Source: an uncultured Actinomycetota bacterium
GTDB taxonomy: Bacteria; Actinomycetota; Actinomycetes; Propionibacteriales; Nocardioidaceae
Assembly (NCBI GenBank): GCA_963795065.1
Contig: CAWCGI010000005.1
Coordinates: 1,725,087-1,789,086 of the forward strand
Direction: 5' to 3'
Length of the DNA stretch: 64,000 bases
In this document: positions 1-8,699 of the stretch, one piece after another
How positions within the stretch are numbered: the stretch's first letter is position 1
How the letters are laid out: each line of letters opens with the position of its first letter
The notes under the pieces: model-generated
What the model saw: the letters and a program-made list of their open reading frames with translations, nothing else
Told to the model about the DNA's origin: nothing
Databases searched by the model: none
Program-made: the position numbers and the translations under genes

Positions 1-969
<969 letters not shown>

Positions 970-974
970 CTGTG

Positions 975-1000
975 GGTTTCCCCGGCCGGCCGGGGAAACC
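975..1000. terminator. Perfect 26-nt GC-rich palindrome between convergent pgm and acyl-CoA dehydrogenase genes (candidate bidirectional terminator)
   Basis: ggtttccccggcc/ggccggggaaacc is a perfect 13+13 inverted repeat lying directly after the pgm stop. No clear U-tract. Confidence 0.45.
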
Positions 1001-1078
1001 GGACGTTGACGGGCGAAGCATCACCCGACAACGTCAGGGAAGACCCATCAACCCCGTCCCTTTTGCCCGGGCGGGGGC

Positions 1079-2728
1079 TCAGTCGACGTACGGCGTGGTG
1101 CGCTCCACGATCGAGCGAAGGTCGGTCCCCTTCGGCAGCGTGCCGAGCGTGCCGTTGTAGTCGCCACCGAGACGGGTGGCGCAGAACGCGTCCGAGACGG
1201 CCGGCGGAGCGAAGCGCAGCAGGAGCGAGGCCTGCAGGCAGGCAGCCATCTGTCCGGCCAGGCGCCGCGCCGAGACCTCGAGCGTGGAGGTGTCCGCGAG
1301 CATCGTGAGCACACCGTCGATGGCACGGTCCAGGTGTGGGTCCTCGCCCTGCGCCAGTCCGACCTCGGTCAGCCAGGCCTCGAGCACCTCGGGCTCGCGG
1401 GAGAGGGCGCGCAGGACGTCCAGGGCGTTGACGTTGCCCGATCCCTCCCAGATCGAGTTCAGCGGGGACTCGCGGAACAGCAGCGGCATCCCGGACTCCT
1501 CGACGTAGCCGTTGCCGCCCAGGCACTCGAGCGCCTCGGCCACCATCATCGGCGTCCGCTTGCACACCCAGAACTTCGACAACGGCAGCGCGATGCGCCG
1601 CAGGGCTGCCTCGTGCGGGTCGGAGCGGTTGTCGACGGCCGCGGCGAGCCGGATCGCGACGGCGGTGGCGGCCTCGGACTCCACCGCGAGGTCGGCGATC
1701 ACGTTCTGCATCAGCGGCTTGTCGGCCAGCAGGCCGCCGAACGCGGAGCGGTGGGCCACGTGCCAGGAGGCCTCGGCGAGCGCGTGTCGCATCAGCGAGG
1801 CGGAGCCCAGGACACAGTCGAGGCGGGTCGCGGCCACCATCTCGATGATCGTGCGTACGCCGCGGCCCTCGTCTCCCAGCCGCTGCGCCCAGGTGCCGTC
1901 GAACTCGAGCTCGGAGGAGGCGTTGGAGCGGTTGCCCAGCTTGTCCTTGAGGCGTACGACGTCAAGGCGGTTGCGCTCGCCGGACGGAAGGACGCGGGGG
2001 AGGAGGAAACAGCTCAGGCCACCGGGGGCCTGTGCCAGCACGAGGAACACGTCGTTCATCGGGGCCGAGGTGAACCACTTGTGGCCGTGCAGGGTGTACT
2101 CGCCGTCGACGGAGGTCGGCCTCGCCTCGGTCTCGTTGGCCCGGACGTCCGAGCCGCCCTGCTTCTCGGTCATGCCCATGCCGGCGAGGGCGCCGGTCTT
2201 CTCCGCGAGGGGGCGCAGCCCGAAGTCGTAGGAGGTGGCGGCCAGCTTGGGGGTCCACTCCTTCGCGATCGCGTCGTCGACCCGCAGCGCCGGGATCGCG
2301 GCGTACGTCATCGAGATGGGGCAGCCATGCCCCGGTTCGGTCTGCGACCAGGCGAGGAACCCGGCGGCACGGCGTACGTGGGCCTGCGGGTGGTCGGACT
2401 CCCAGGGCGCCGCCTGCAGGCCGTGGCCGACGCCGCGCTCCAGCAGCCAGTGCCACGAGGGGTGGAACCGGACCTCGTCGACACGGTTGCCGTAGCGGTC
2501 GAAGGGGACGAGCTCGGGGTGGAACTCGTTGGCGAGGAGGCCGTGCTCGCGAGCCTGTGCCGAACCGGCCTCGGCTCCTAGCGGCGTGAGGTCGTCGACG
2601 ACCTCGGAGGAAGCGTGCCGGACGACGGCTTCGACGAGCGCGGCGTCGGAGGTGACGACGTTGTGCCCGACCAGCGGAGGCGCCTGGTTGGCGGCGACGC
2701 GGCGGGCAGCGGGGTTCGGACCGGTCAT
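1079..2728 (-). CDS. Acyl-CoA dehydrogenase family protein (AidB-like, 549 aa)
   Basis: This is the C-terminal 549 codons of the 1051-aa ORF, starting at ATG (cat 2726-2728) with MTGPNPAARR. ACAD-like blocks include GMGMTEKQGGSDV, HGHKWFTSAP and YVEESGMPLLFRESPLNSIWEGSGNV. The upstream part of the ORF is antisense to the yihY-like gene. Confidence 0.9.
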   Translation of the reverse strand: MTGPNPAARRVAANQAPPLVGHNVVTSDAALVEAVVRHASSEVVDDLTPLGAEAGSAQAREHGLLANEFHPELVPFDRYGNRVDEVRFHPSWHWLLERGVGHGLQAAPWESDHPQAHVRRAAGFLAWSQTEPGHGCPISMTYAAIPALRVDDAIAKEWTPKLAATSYDFGLRPLAEKTGALAGMGMTEKQGGSDVRANETEARPTSVDGEYTLHGHKWFTSAPMNDVFLVLAQAPGGLSCFLLPRVLPSGERNRLDVVRLKDKLGNRSNASSELEFDGTWAQRLGDEGRGVRTIIEMVAATRLDCVLGSASLMRHALAEASWHVAHRSAFGGLLADKPLMQNVIADLAVESEAATAVAIRLAAAVDNRSDPHEAALRRIALPLSKFWVCKRTPMMVAEALECLGGNGYVEESGMPLLFRESPLNSIWEGSGNVNALDVLRALSREPEVLEAWLTEVGLAQGEDPHLDRAIDGVLTMLADTSTLEVSARRLAGQMAACLQASLLLRFAPPAVSDAFCATRLGGDYNGTLGTLPKGTDLRSIVERTTPYVD

Positions 2729-2746
2729 GGCCTTACCGTAGTTGTC

Positions 2747-3877
2747 ATGGCAGTGGAAAGCAGTCTGCGTGCGGGTGTGCGGGCGCTTTCGTGGGAGACC
2801 TTCCGCACGTCGGTGTGGCGCCTGATCGTTTCGACCGTCGGCACCTGCATGCGCAACCGGGTGACCGGGCTGGCAGCGGAGGCTGCCTTCTTCGCGGTGC
2901 TGTCGCTGCCGCCGCTGATCTTCGCGCTGGCCGGCTCGATCGGCTACATCTTCGCCCAGTTCAGCGACAGCCAGATCGACGAGGTCCGCGAGACCGTGCT
3001 GTCCCTGGCCAGTCAGGCGCTGACCCCGCAGACGGTCGACAGCATCATCAAGCCCACGCTCAACGAGGTGCTCCAGGGCGGCGGCCGCTACGACGTCGTC
3101 TCGATCGGCTTCATCCTCGCGCTGTGGTCGGGATCGCGGGCGCTGAACGTCTTCGTGGACACCATCACGATCATGTACGGCCTCGGCGGCCAGCGCGGCA
3201 TCGTGCGCACCCGGGCGCTCTCCTTCCTCCTCTACGTGCTCGGGATGATCACCGGGGTGGTGACGATCCCGCTGGTGGTCGCCGGCCCGACCCTGGTGGC
3301 GAAGTGGTTGCCCGACCGGGTCTCGGTGCTGAACAACCTCTACTGGCCGACCGTGCTGGTCCTGGGCGTCTGCTTCCTGACCACGCTCTATCACGTGTCG
3401 GTGCCGGTGCGGACGGCCTGGCGCTCCAACCTGCCGGGCGCCGTGTTCACCATGTTCTGCTGGGTGTTCGGTTCCGCCCTGCTGCGCATCGTGCTGGTCG
3501 GCACGGCCCAGGGGTCCACCTCGATCTACGGTCCGCTCGCCGCTCCGATCGCCGTGCTGCTCTGGCTCTACCTGCTCTCGATCGCGGTGCTGATCGGTGC
3601 CGCGCTGAACGCCGCGTTCGACCAGATCTGGCCCCAGAAGGAGCTGACCACGGCCCGGATGGAGCGGCTCAAGCGGCTCAGGCTGGAGAACGTGCTCCCG
3701 TGGCGTACGTCGCTCGAGGGGGCCGCGAGCGAGGAGGAGCGCTCCGCCGAGGCGAACGACCCGGGGGCCGACCCGCCCGCCGAGGAGACCTCCGCCCAGA
3801 CACCCGCTCAGACCTCCGCGCAGACCTCTGCCCAGACGTCTGCCCAGACCTCTTCCCAGACCTCCGCTGACCGATAA
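2747..3877 (+). CDS. YihY/BrkB (virulence factor BrkB) family inner-membrane protein
   Basis: Polytopic membrane protein with the family-typical N-terminus (AAEAAFFAVLSLPPLIFAL) and GPLAAPIAVLLWLYLLSIAVLIGAALNA. The start is uncertain: ATG 2747 or a GTG about 30 nt downstream. It is divergent from the acyl-CoA dehydrogenase gene. Confidence 0.85.
   Translation: MAVESSLRAGVRALSWETFRTSVWRLIVSTVGTCMRNRVTGLAAEAAFFAVLSLPPLIFALAGSIGYIFAQFSDSQIDEVRETVLSLASQALTPQTVDSIIKPTLNEVLQGGGRYDVVSIGFILALWSGSRALNVFVDTITIMYGLGGQRGIVRTRALSFLLYVLGMITGVVTIPLVVAGPTLVAKWLPDRVSVLNNLYWPTVLVLGVCFLTTLYHVSVPVRTAWRSNLPGAVFTMFCWVFGSALLRIVLVGTAQGSTSIYGPLAAPIAVLLWLYLLSIAVLIGAALNAAFDQIWPQKELTTARMERLKRLRLENVLPWRTSLEGAASEEERSAEANDPGADPPAEETSAQTPAQTSAQTSAQTSAQTSSQTSADR
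3788..3871 (+). repeat. Seven imperfect 12-nt tandem repeats encoding a (T-S/P-A-Q)n C-terminal tail
   Basis: Seven copies (acctccgcccag, acacccgctcag, acctccgcgcag, acctctgcccag, acgtctgcccag, acctcttcccag, acctccgctgac) translate as TSAQTPAQTSAQTSAQTSAQTSSQTSAD. Confidence 0.85.
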
Positions 3878-3934
3878 CCCGGTGCACGCCCGGGCGGTCG
3901 CGACGTAGATTGCGGGAATGACGGGAGTCCTTCC

Positions 3935-4225
3935 TTGACGGCAGCACGGACCGACCGCCCGGAGCTCGAGGTGGGCTGCGTCCTCGCGCGAGAGCTCGGA
4001 ATCCTGGTGGTGCTGACCGACGCCGGCCCGCTGCGAGCGACGTACGGCGCCCGCATGCTGAGGACGATCGCCCGTGACCGCTCTCTCATCCCGGATCCGG
4101 GGGACTGGGTGAGCATGCGCCGGTGGGCCGACGGGCCGGTCACTGTCGAGAGCGCTCTCACCCGCTCCGCCACGCCCCGGCTCGCGCAGGTCGTGTCGCT
4201 GCACCGTCGCCGGCGGCCGCGTTAG
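3935..4225 (+). CDS. Hypothetical protein resembling the N-terminal OB-fold of RsgA/YjeQ GTPases, with no GTPase domain
   Basis: 96-codon ORF with a TTG start (an internal GTG is also possible) and mostly G/C third positions. VGCVLARELGILVVLTDAGPLRATYG...PGDWVSMRRWADGPVTVESALTRS recalls the RsgA N-terminal segment. The ORF stops 22 nt before the next gene. Confidence 0.4.
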   Translation: MTAARTDRPELEVGCVLARELGILVVLTDAGPLRATYGARMLRTIARDRSLIPDPGDWVSMRRWADGPVTVESALTRSATPRLAQVVSLHRRRRPR

Positions 4226-4246
4226 CCGGCTCACGAGCCGGGGTCA

Positions 4247-4636
4247 ATGCCGCGCACGCTCGCACCCGCGTGCCATGCTGCACGCGTGGGAAACGTGACC
4301 CTGCCGACGCCGATCTTCCTGGCGGGTGGCGCCTTGTGTGTCGTGGCGGGCATTCTCGTCGGCCAGCTCCTCCTGCCCGACACCCCGCAGCGCACCACAG
4401 CGGAGGTGGCCAGCTTCGATCCCACCCGGTCGCAGCTCTGCCTGGAGGGCGATGCGATCGACGGCCAGGAGGGCGTGGACCCGGCGGGCAGGCTCTGCGG
4501 CACCCTGCGGCGCACGGCCAACGCCCGCACGCCGGAGAAGGGCGACCAGTTCCGCTTCGTCTCCGTGCGCAACTCCCGTGAGGTCGACGGCAAGACCGAC
4601 CAGCAGATCGTCATCTACGGCGACGTAGTCGACTGA
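4247..4636 (+). CDS. Hypothetical protein with a single N-terminal transmembrane helix
   Basis: High GC3. TM segment PTPIFLAGGALCVVAGILVGQLLL is followed by a soluble domain. Start is uncertain (ATG 4247 or GTG a few codons in). I recognise no family. Confidence 0.5.
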   Translation: MPRTLAPACHAARVGNVTLPTPIFLAGGALCVVAGILVGQLLLPDTPQRTTAEVASFDPTRSQLCLEGDAIDGQEGVDPAGRLCGTLRRTANARTPEKGDQFRFVSVRNSREVDGKTDQQIVIYGDVVD

Positions 4637-4657
4637 GAACCGGCATCCGAGGACTCT

Positions 4658-5764
4658 GTGGCCACCGACACGACCGCGCGAGGGTTCACCGGCCTGCTCA
4701 AGCTGCCCGCCCCGAACCGATCTCCGTGGTGGGAGCTGACTCGCCGTCTGCTGATGGCGCTCGGTCTGCTGGTCTTCACCGTGCTGCTCGTCTACTTCGA
4801 CCGCAACGGCTATCGCGACGGCGCCGACATCAGGCCGGGCTTCCCGAACGGGACCGTCGATCTCAGCGACGCCATCTACTACACGACCGTCACGCTCAGC
4901 ACCACGGGGTACGGCGACATCACACCGTTCACCGAGTCCGCGAGACTGATCAACGCCTTTCTCATCACCCCGCTCCGCATCGCGTTCCTGGTGCTGCTGA
5001 TCGGGACCACGCTCGAAGTGCTCGCCTCGCAGGGGCGAGAGATGTTCCGGGTCGCCCGGTGGAGGAAGAACATGGACCAGCACGTCGTCGTGATCGGTTA
5101 TGGCACCAAGGGGCGAAGCGCCGTCGACACCCTGGTGAACAACGGCACGTCGCGTGACGCCGTGGTGGTCGTCGACCCCGGTTCGGTCGCGCAGGAGGAG
5201 GCACATGCCGACGGGCTCGCCATCGTCACCGGCGACGCCACCCGGCGCGAGGTGCTGCGGCGGGCGCACGTCAGCACCGCCAAGCAGGTCATCATCACCA
5301 CCGCCCGCGACGACACCACCGTCCTCGCGACGTTGACCGTGCGTCAGCTGAACCCCGACGCCTACATCGTCGCGGCGGTCCGCGAGCAGGACAACGTGCC
5401 GCTGGTGCGCCAGAGCGGTGCGGACTCGGTGATCACCTCCTCCGACGCGGTGGGCCGGCTGCTCGGTCTCGCGTCCTTCTCGCCGAACCTGGGCTCGGTG
5501 ATGGAGGACCTGCTCACCTATGGCGAGGGTCTGGAGGTCGCCCAGCGGGACCTGTTGGTCAGCGAGGTCGGCAAGGCCCCGCAGTCGTTGCCGGACCAGG
5601 TCATCGCCGTGGTGCGCGACGAGAAGGTCTACCGCTACTTCGACCCGACCGTGACCCTGCTGGCCCGCGGCGACGAGCTGATCGTCGTACGGCCGGCCAA
5701 GGAGCTGCCGTGGGCCCCGCGGCCGGGCACCCACGACGAGGCCGGGTCCGACGAGGAGGACTGA
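4658..5764 (+). CDS. Potassium channel family protein (2-TM pore plus RCK/TrkA-N and TrkA-C domains)
   Basis: Selectivity filter TVTLSTTGYGDITP. Rossmann-type RCK motif HVVVIGYGTKGRS follows the pore. 368 aa, GTG start. Confidence 0.9.
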   Translation: MATDTTARGFTGLLKLPAPNRSPWWELTRRLLMALGLLVFTVLLVYFDRNGYRDGADIRPGFPNGTVDLSDAIYYTTVTLSTTGYGDITPFTESARLINAFLITPLRIAFLVLLIGTTLEVLASQGREMFRVARWRKNMDQHVVVIGYGTKGRSAVDTLVNNGTSRDAVVVVDPGSVAQEEAHADGLAIVTGDATRREVLRRAHVSTAKQVIITTARDDTTVLATLTVRQLNPDAYIVAAVREQDNVPLVRQSGADSVITSSDAVGRLLGLASFSPNLGSVMEDLLTYGEGLEVAQRDLLVSEVGKAPQSLPDQVIAVVRDEKVYRYFDPTVTLLARGDELIVVRPAKELPWAPRPGTHDEAGSDEED

Positions 5765-5838
5765 GCCCTGATCTGCTGACTCCCGCGCACCCCCCTCGTA
5801 GCATGGGCGCAGCCGGCCGTGTGGCCTGCGTCGAGGGG

Positions 5839-6321
5839 ATGGGGACAGTCGTGCGGAACACCGCCAAACGGGTCGCGGTCGAGGGAACAGGCTGGCTGCT
5901 CGTCGTCGTCGGGATCGCCGCGCTCGTCCTGCCGGGCCCTGGTCTGCTGGCCCTGTTCGCCGGAGTGGCGCTGTTGGCCACGCAGTACGAGTGGGCCGAG
6001 CGCCGTCTCGACCCGGTGAGGAAGGCGGCCCTGCGCGCCGCTGCGGACAGCGTCAGCAGCTGGCCGCGGATCCTGGCCTCGTTCGCGGGCGTCTGCTGGT
6101 TGATCGCGCTCGGCGTCTACTGGGGGATCAGCCCGCCGGCGCCCTCCTGGTGGCCGATCGACGACCGGTGGTGGCTGACGGGGGGCTGGGGGACCGGCGC
6201 CACCCTGATCGGCTCCGGGGTCATCGCCGGCGCGATCGTCGTCTACAGCTATCTGAACTTCCGCGACATCAAGGACGACCAGCGCCAGGACGAGGCCCAG
6301 GCGCCGGCCGGAACCTCCTGA
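5839..6321 (+). CDS. PGPGW-domain transmembrane protein
   Basis: LVLPGPGLLALFAGVALLATQYEWA matches the PGPGW motif region. ATG 5839 is preceded by gagggg; ATG 5803 is an alternative start. Several TM helices. Confidence 0.7.
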   Translation: MGTVVRNTAKRVAVEGTGWLLVVVGIAALVLPGPGLLALFAGVALLATQYEWAERRLDPVRKAALRAAADSVSSWPRILASFAGVCWLIALGVYWGISPPAPSWWPIDDRWWLTGGWGTGATLIGSGVIAGAIVVYSYLNFRDIKDDQRQDEAQAPAGTS

Positions 6322-6518
6322 TCCAGGGCTCCGAGGCGCGTGCCTCAGCCTTGCCGGTGGAACCACCCACGGCCCCTACGGGGGGACGGGGCGACGCGGG
6401 TGGCCCGCTCCCGAAAGAGCATCACGATTCTATCCGCGTCCGGGTTCTTCCGGTTGGAGAGGTTTGGACTTCGGCTGGCGGTGTACAGGGACACCGTCAA
6501 CGTTCAGGGAGGAACATC

Positions 6519-6662
6519 ATGACAACCATCTTGTGGCTCATCGCCGTCGTACTCGTGATCAGCGGGATCGTGACCCTCGTCCGGGGGCAGATGCTCTTCG
6601 GCGCCCTGCTGATCATCGTCGGCCTGCTGGTCGGCCCCGGTGGAGTGAGCGTCTTCGGCTGA
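6519..6662 (+). CDS. Small hydrophobic membrane protein (47 aa)
   Basis: ATG 6519 is preceded by the SD-like sequence agggagg. The product MTTILWLIAVVLVISGIVTLVRGQMLFGALLIIVGLLVGPGGVSVFG has two predicted TM helices. Confidence 0.55.
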   Translation: MTTILWLIAVVLVISGIVTLVRGQMLFGALLIIVGLLVGPGGVSVFG

Positions 6663-6681
6663 CCGGGCCGCGACGAAGAGA

Positions 6682-6731
6682 CAGCCACCCCATGTGCTGC
6701 CTCGGGGGGAAACAACGGCACGGGGTGACTG
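6682..6731 (+). terminator. Extended hairpin 20 nt after the small membrane-protein gene (candidate U-tract-less terminator)
   Basis: cagccacccc (6682-6691) pairs with ggggtgactg (6722-6731) with one mismatch. Inner stem is gtgctg/cggcac. The 16-nt loop is G-rich. Confidence 0.35.
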
Positions 6732-6868
6732 CCCTGCTCCAAGTCTCGACCTCGCGGCGGAGCCCTTCGCTCTCTGGTCTAGGGCGGACCCGGGCGTTGT
6801 CTCACAGTCCAGACTTCCCGACCACATGGTGTTCGGCGTCGATCACCAAGGTCTAACGTCGTGGGCAA

Positions 6869-6914
6869 GAACCGCCCCGGGTCGGGGGAGCCACTGGCTG
6901 GGGCGGTTCTTTCT
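6869..6914 (+). terminator. Hairpin plus TTTCT tail (candidate intrinsic terminator, plus strand)
   Basis: gaaccgcccc (6869-6878) pairs perfectly with ggggcggttc (6900-6909) and is followed by tttct. No annotated plus-strand gene ends here. Confidence 0.4.
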
Positions 6915-6953
6915 GCGGTGAGCTCATGCGTCAGGCCTGTCTCGGCCGACACA

Positions 6954-6998
6954 CGACCGTCCCCGCCGGTGAATCTGCTCACCGGTCAGGGACGGTCG
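6954..6998. terminator. Long two-tier palindromic hairpin 33 nt downstream of the glycoside-hydrolase-like gene (candidate terminator)
   Basis: Outer stem is cgaccgtccc/gggacggtcg (10 bp) and inner stem is ccggtga/tcaccgg (7 bp), with loop atctgc. Confidence 0.5.
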
Positions 6999-7030
6999 TG
7001 CCAGTTGTCGGTTCGGTGTGTCGGGTCAGA

Positions 7031-8245
7031 TCAGCGGGCCATCACCGAGTCGAAGTAGGCGCGCTTGGCGCTGCCCTCTGCGCCGAGGAACCACGAGCGC
7101 TGTGAGTTGTACCTGGTGTCGAAGTAGGAGACCGCCAGCAGCTTCTTGGCCTTGGCCGAGGCGATGAACCGGTCGAGCCACTTCTTGTCCTTGGCGAAGG
7201 CCTCGTCGGAGAAGCCGTACTCGCCGATGCCGGCCTTGACGCCCAGTGACGCGGCACGAGCGGCCAGCTTGTCGACGTAGACCGAAGCCTCGGTCCAGCC
7301 GGTGTCCATCGTGGTGGTCCTGGTGCCGTTGACCCACTTGTAGCCGTACTTGAGGTACGGCGCGTCGTAGGCGATCCCGTAGATGGGGGCGCCCTTCGGG
7401 AACAGCGTCGACCACTGGTTGGCGGTGTCGCTCGGGTTGAACTCCTGGGCCCAGCCGGTCACGATCAGCCAGAACTTGATGTCGCCCTTGATGCCGCCCG
7501 GGACCATCCGGGAGAGGCGGTCCTGCATCTTGCGCCAGTCGGTGGTGACACCGTCACCCTCGGGCTCGTGGTGGAACGCGACCCAGACCTGGAAGTCGAG
7601 CGCGTCCAGCTTGGTGAACAGGTCCTTCGCCCAGGCGTCGCCACTGCCGGTGGCCATGTTGGCCCAGCTGTGGGGCAGCTTGAAGCTCATCCAGGTGCGC
7701 ACACCGGCGGCCTGGTTCAGCTTGGCCCGGGTGATCGCCTTGTCGACGTCACCGGAGCCGCCGTACCACCGGTCGATGTCGACGCCGGTCTTGGTGCGGT
7801 CGATGTTCCCGCCACCGGCCCCGAGCAGCATCGGCTCAGGTGCGGGGGTCGGGGTGGGCGTCGGAGTCGGGGTGGGCGTGGGGGTCGGAGTCGGGGTCGG
7901 GGTGGGGGTCGGGGTGGGGGTCGGGGTGGGGGTCGGGGTGGGGGTCGGAGTCGGCGTCGGGGTCGGGGTGGGAGTCGGCGTGGGGGTCGGGGTGGGAGTC
8001 GGCTCGAGATTGCTGACTCGGGCCTGGAGTGCCGTCATCTGGCACTCGAGGTAGGTCACCCGTTTGGCATCGGTGACCGTGCCAGTGGGAGCGACGCAGG
8101 CAGGTGCCGGGGCTGCCGCTGCGGCAGCGCCGGTGACGGCGGAAGCAGCGGTGCCGGCGTAGGCGGCGGTGCCGGCGAGTGCCAGCATCATCGAGGCGAG
8201 TAGGGCGGCGGGTACGAAGCGCGATGTCCGGGATGGTTGTCTCAT
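7031..8245 (-). CDS. Secreted glycoside-hydrolase-like protein (signal peptide, Pro-Thr linker, TIM-barrel-like C-terminal domain; family not resolvable by eye)
   Basis: Starts at ATG (cat 8243-8245), giving the signal peptide [31 protein letters not shown] (PT)n linker follows. The C-terminal domain contains [12 protein letters not shown] and IGEYGF, reminiscent of clan GH-A catalytic acid and nucleophile motifs. The longer 497-aa ORF start is not supported. Confidence 0.8.
   Translation of the reverse strand: MRQPSRTSRFVPAALLASMMLALAGTAAYAGTAASAVTGAAAAAAPAPACVAPTGTVTDAKRVTYLECQMTALQARVSNLEPTPTPTPTPTPTPTPTPTPTPTPTPTPTPTPTPTPTPTPTPTPTPTPTPTPTPAPEPMLLGAGGGNIDRTKTGVDIDRWYGGSGDVDKAITRAKLNQAAGVRTWMSFKLPHSWANMATGSGDAWAKDLFTKLDALDFQVWVAFHHEPEGDGVTTDWRKMQDRLSRMVPGGIKGDIKFWLIVTGWAQEFNPSDTANQWSTLFPKGAPIYGIAYDAPYLKYGYKWVNGTRTTTMDTGWTEASVYVDKLAARAASLGVKAGIGEYGFSDEAFAKDKKWLDRFIASAKAKKLLAVSYFDTRYNSQRSWFLGAEGSAKRAYFDSVMAR
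7844..8002 (-). repeat. Hexanucleotide repeat encoding a Pro-Thr linker of about 26 dipeptides
   Basis: 159 nt of (ggkgtc/ggggtg)-type units on the plus strand, which read ACNCCN on the coding strand. The translation is an uninterrupted PTPTPT run. Confidence 0.9.
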
Positions 8246-8422
8246 ATGGTGAGAATGCGGGAAATCGGTCGAAAGTATTGCAAAACAGACAAAATGGACT
8301 CGAACTGGCATCGGGGGGTGGTCGACACCCCACACAAGTGGAAACGAGTTTCCTCGAGCGAGACTTCCGGATTTGCCCGCTATGAGGCGATTGGTCCCTC
8401 TATAGTGGTTCTCGGGGGAATC

Positions 8423-8635
8423 ATGAGCGATCAGGCAACGACCACGCGGCCACGAGTCCGAAGCGGCTCCGAGCGGGGGCCGACGGTGCTCCGTCAGGCT
8501 GCGAGCATCCTCGAAGCCAGGCACCAGGTCTCCGAGATGGCAGCCTACGAGATGCTGGTCACTCGAGCTGTCCAGGCGGGCAGCTCGGTGCGCGAAGCGG
8601 CGAGGGCCATCGTCGAAGAACCAGCCGCGCCCTGA
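8423..8635 (+). CDS. ANTAR domain-containing protein (stand-alone, 70 aa)
   Basis: ATG 8423 is preceded by cggggga. [43 protein letters not shown] fits the ANTAR helix pattern. There is no receiver or other sensor domain. Confidence 0.7.
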   Translation: MSDQATTTRPRVRSGSERGPTVLRQAASILEARHQVSEMAAYEMLVTRAVQAGSSVREAARAIVEEPAAP

Positions 8636-8699
8636 CCCCTGCCGCTGGTCGCGCTGATGCTCACAGCCGCCACGTGGCGGTGCATCCGTCGGTCACAGC

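Noticed and set aside
1079-4234. 1051-aa ORF suggesting a giant protein
   Set aside because: Only the last 549 codons (from ATG 2728) are acyl-CoA dehydrogenase. The upstream 500 codons are antisense to the YihY-family gene and translate to Arg/Gly/His-rich nonsense.
4244-5734. 496-aa minus-strand ORF
   Set aside because: It is antisense to the K+ channel gene (clear TTGYGD filter on the plus strand) and the preceding hypothetical gene, and has no motifs.
6663-6914. Identification as the actinobacterial 6C RNA
   Set aside because: C-rich loops exist on the minus strand. However, the two hairpins are about 140 nt apart, whereas in 6C they are adjacent within an RNA that I recall as under 100 nt. 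One loop has only five consecutive C residues. I kept this only as a generic structured-RNA candidate.
8246-8422. Canonical ANTAR dual-hexaloop target in the hydrolase leader
   Set aside because: Hairpins are present but their loops are 4-5 nt and lack the A..G.. hexaloop pattern. A direct ANTAR-hydrolase link is therefore not supported by the sequence alone.
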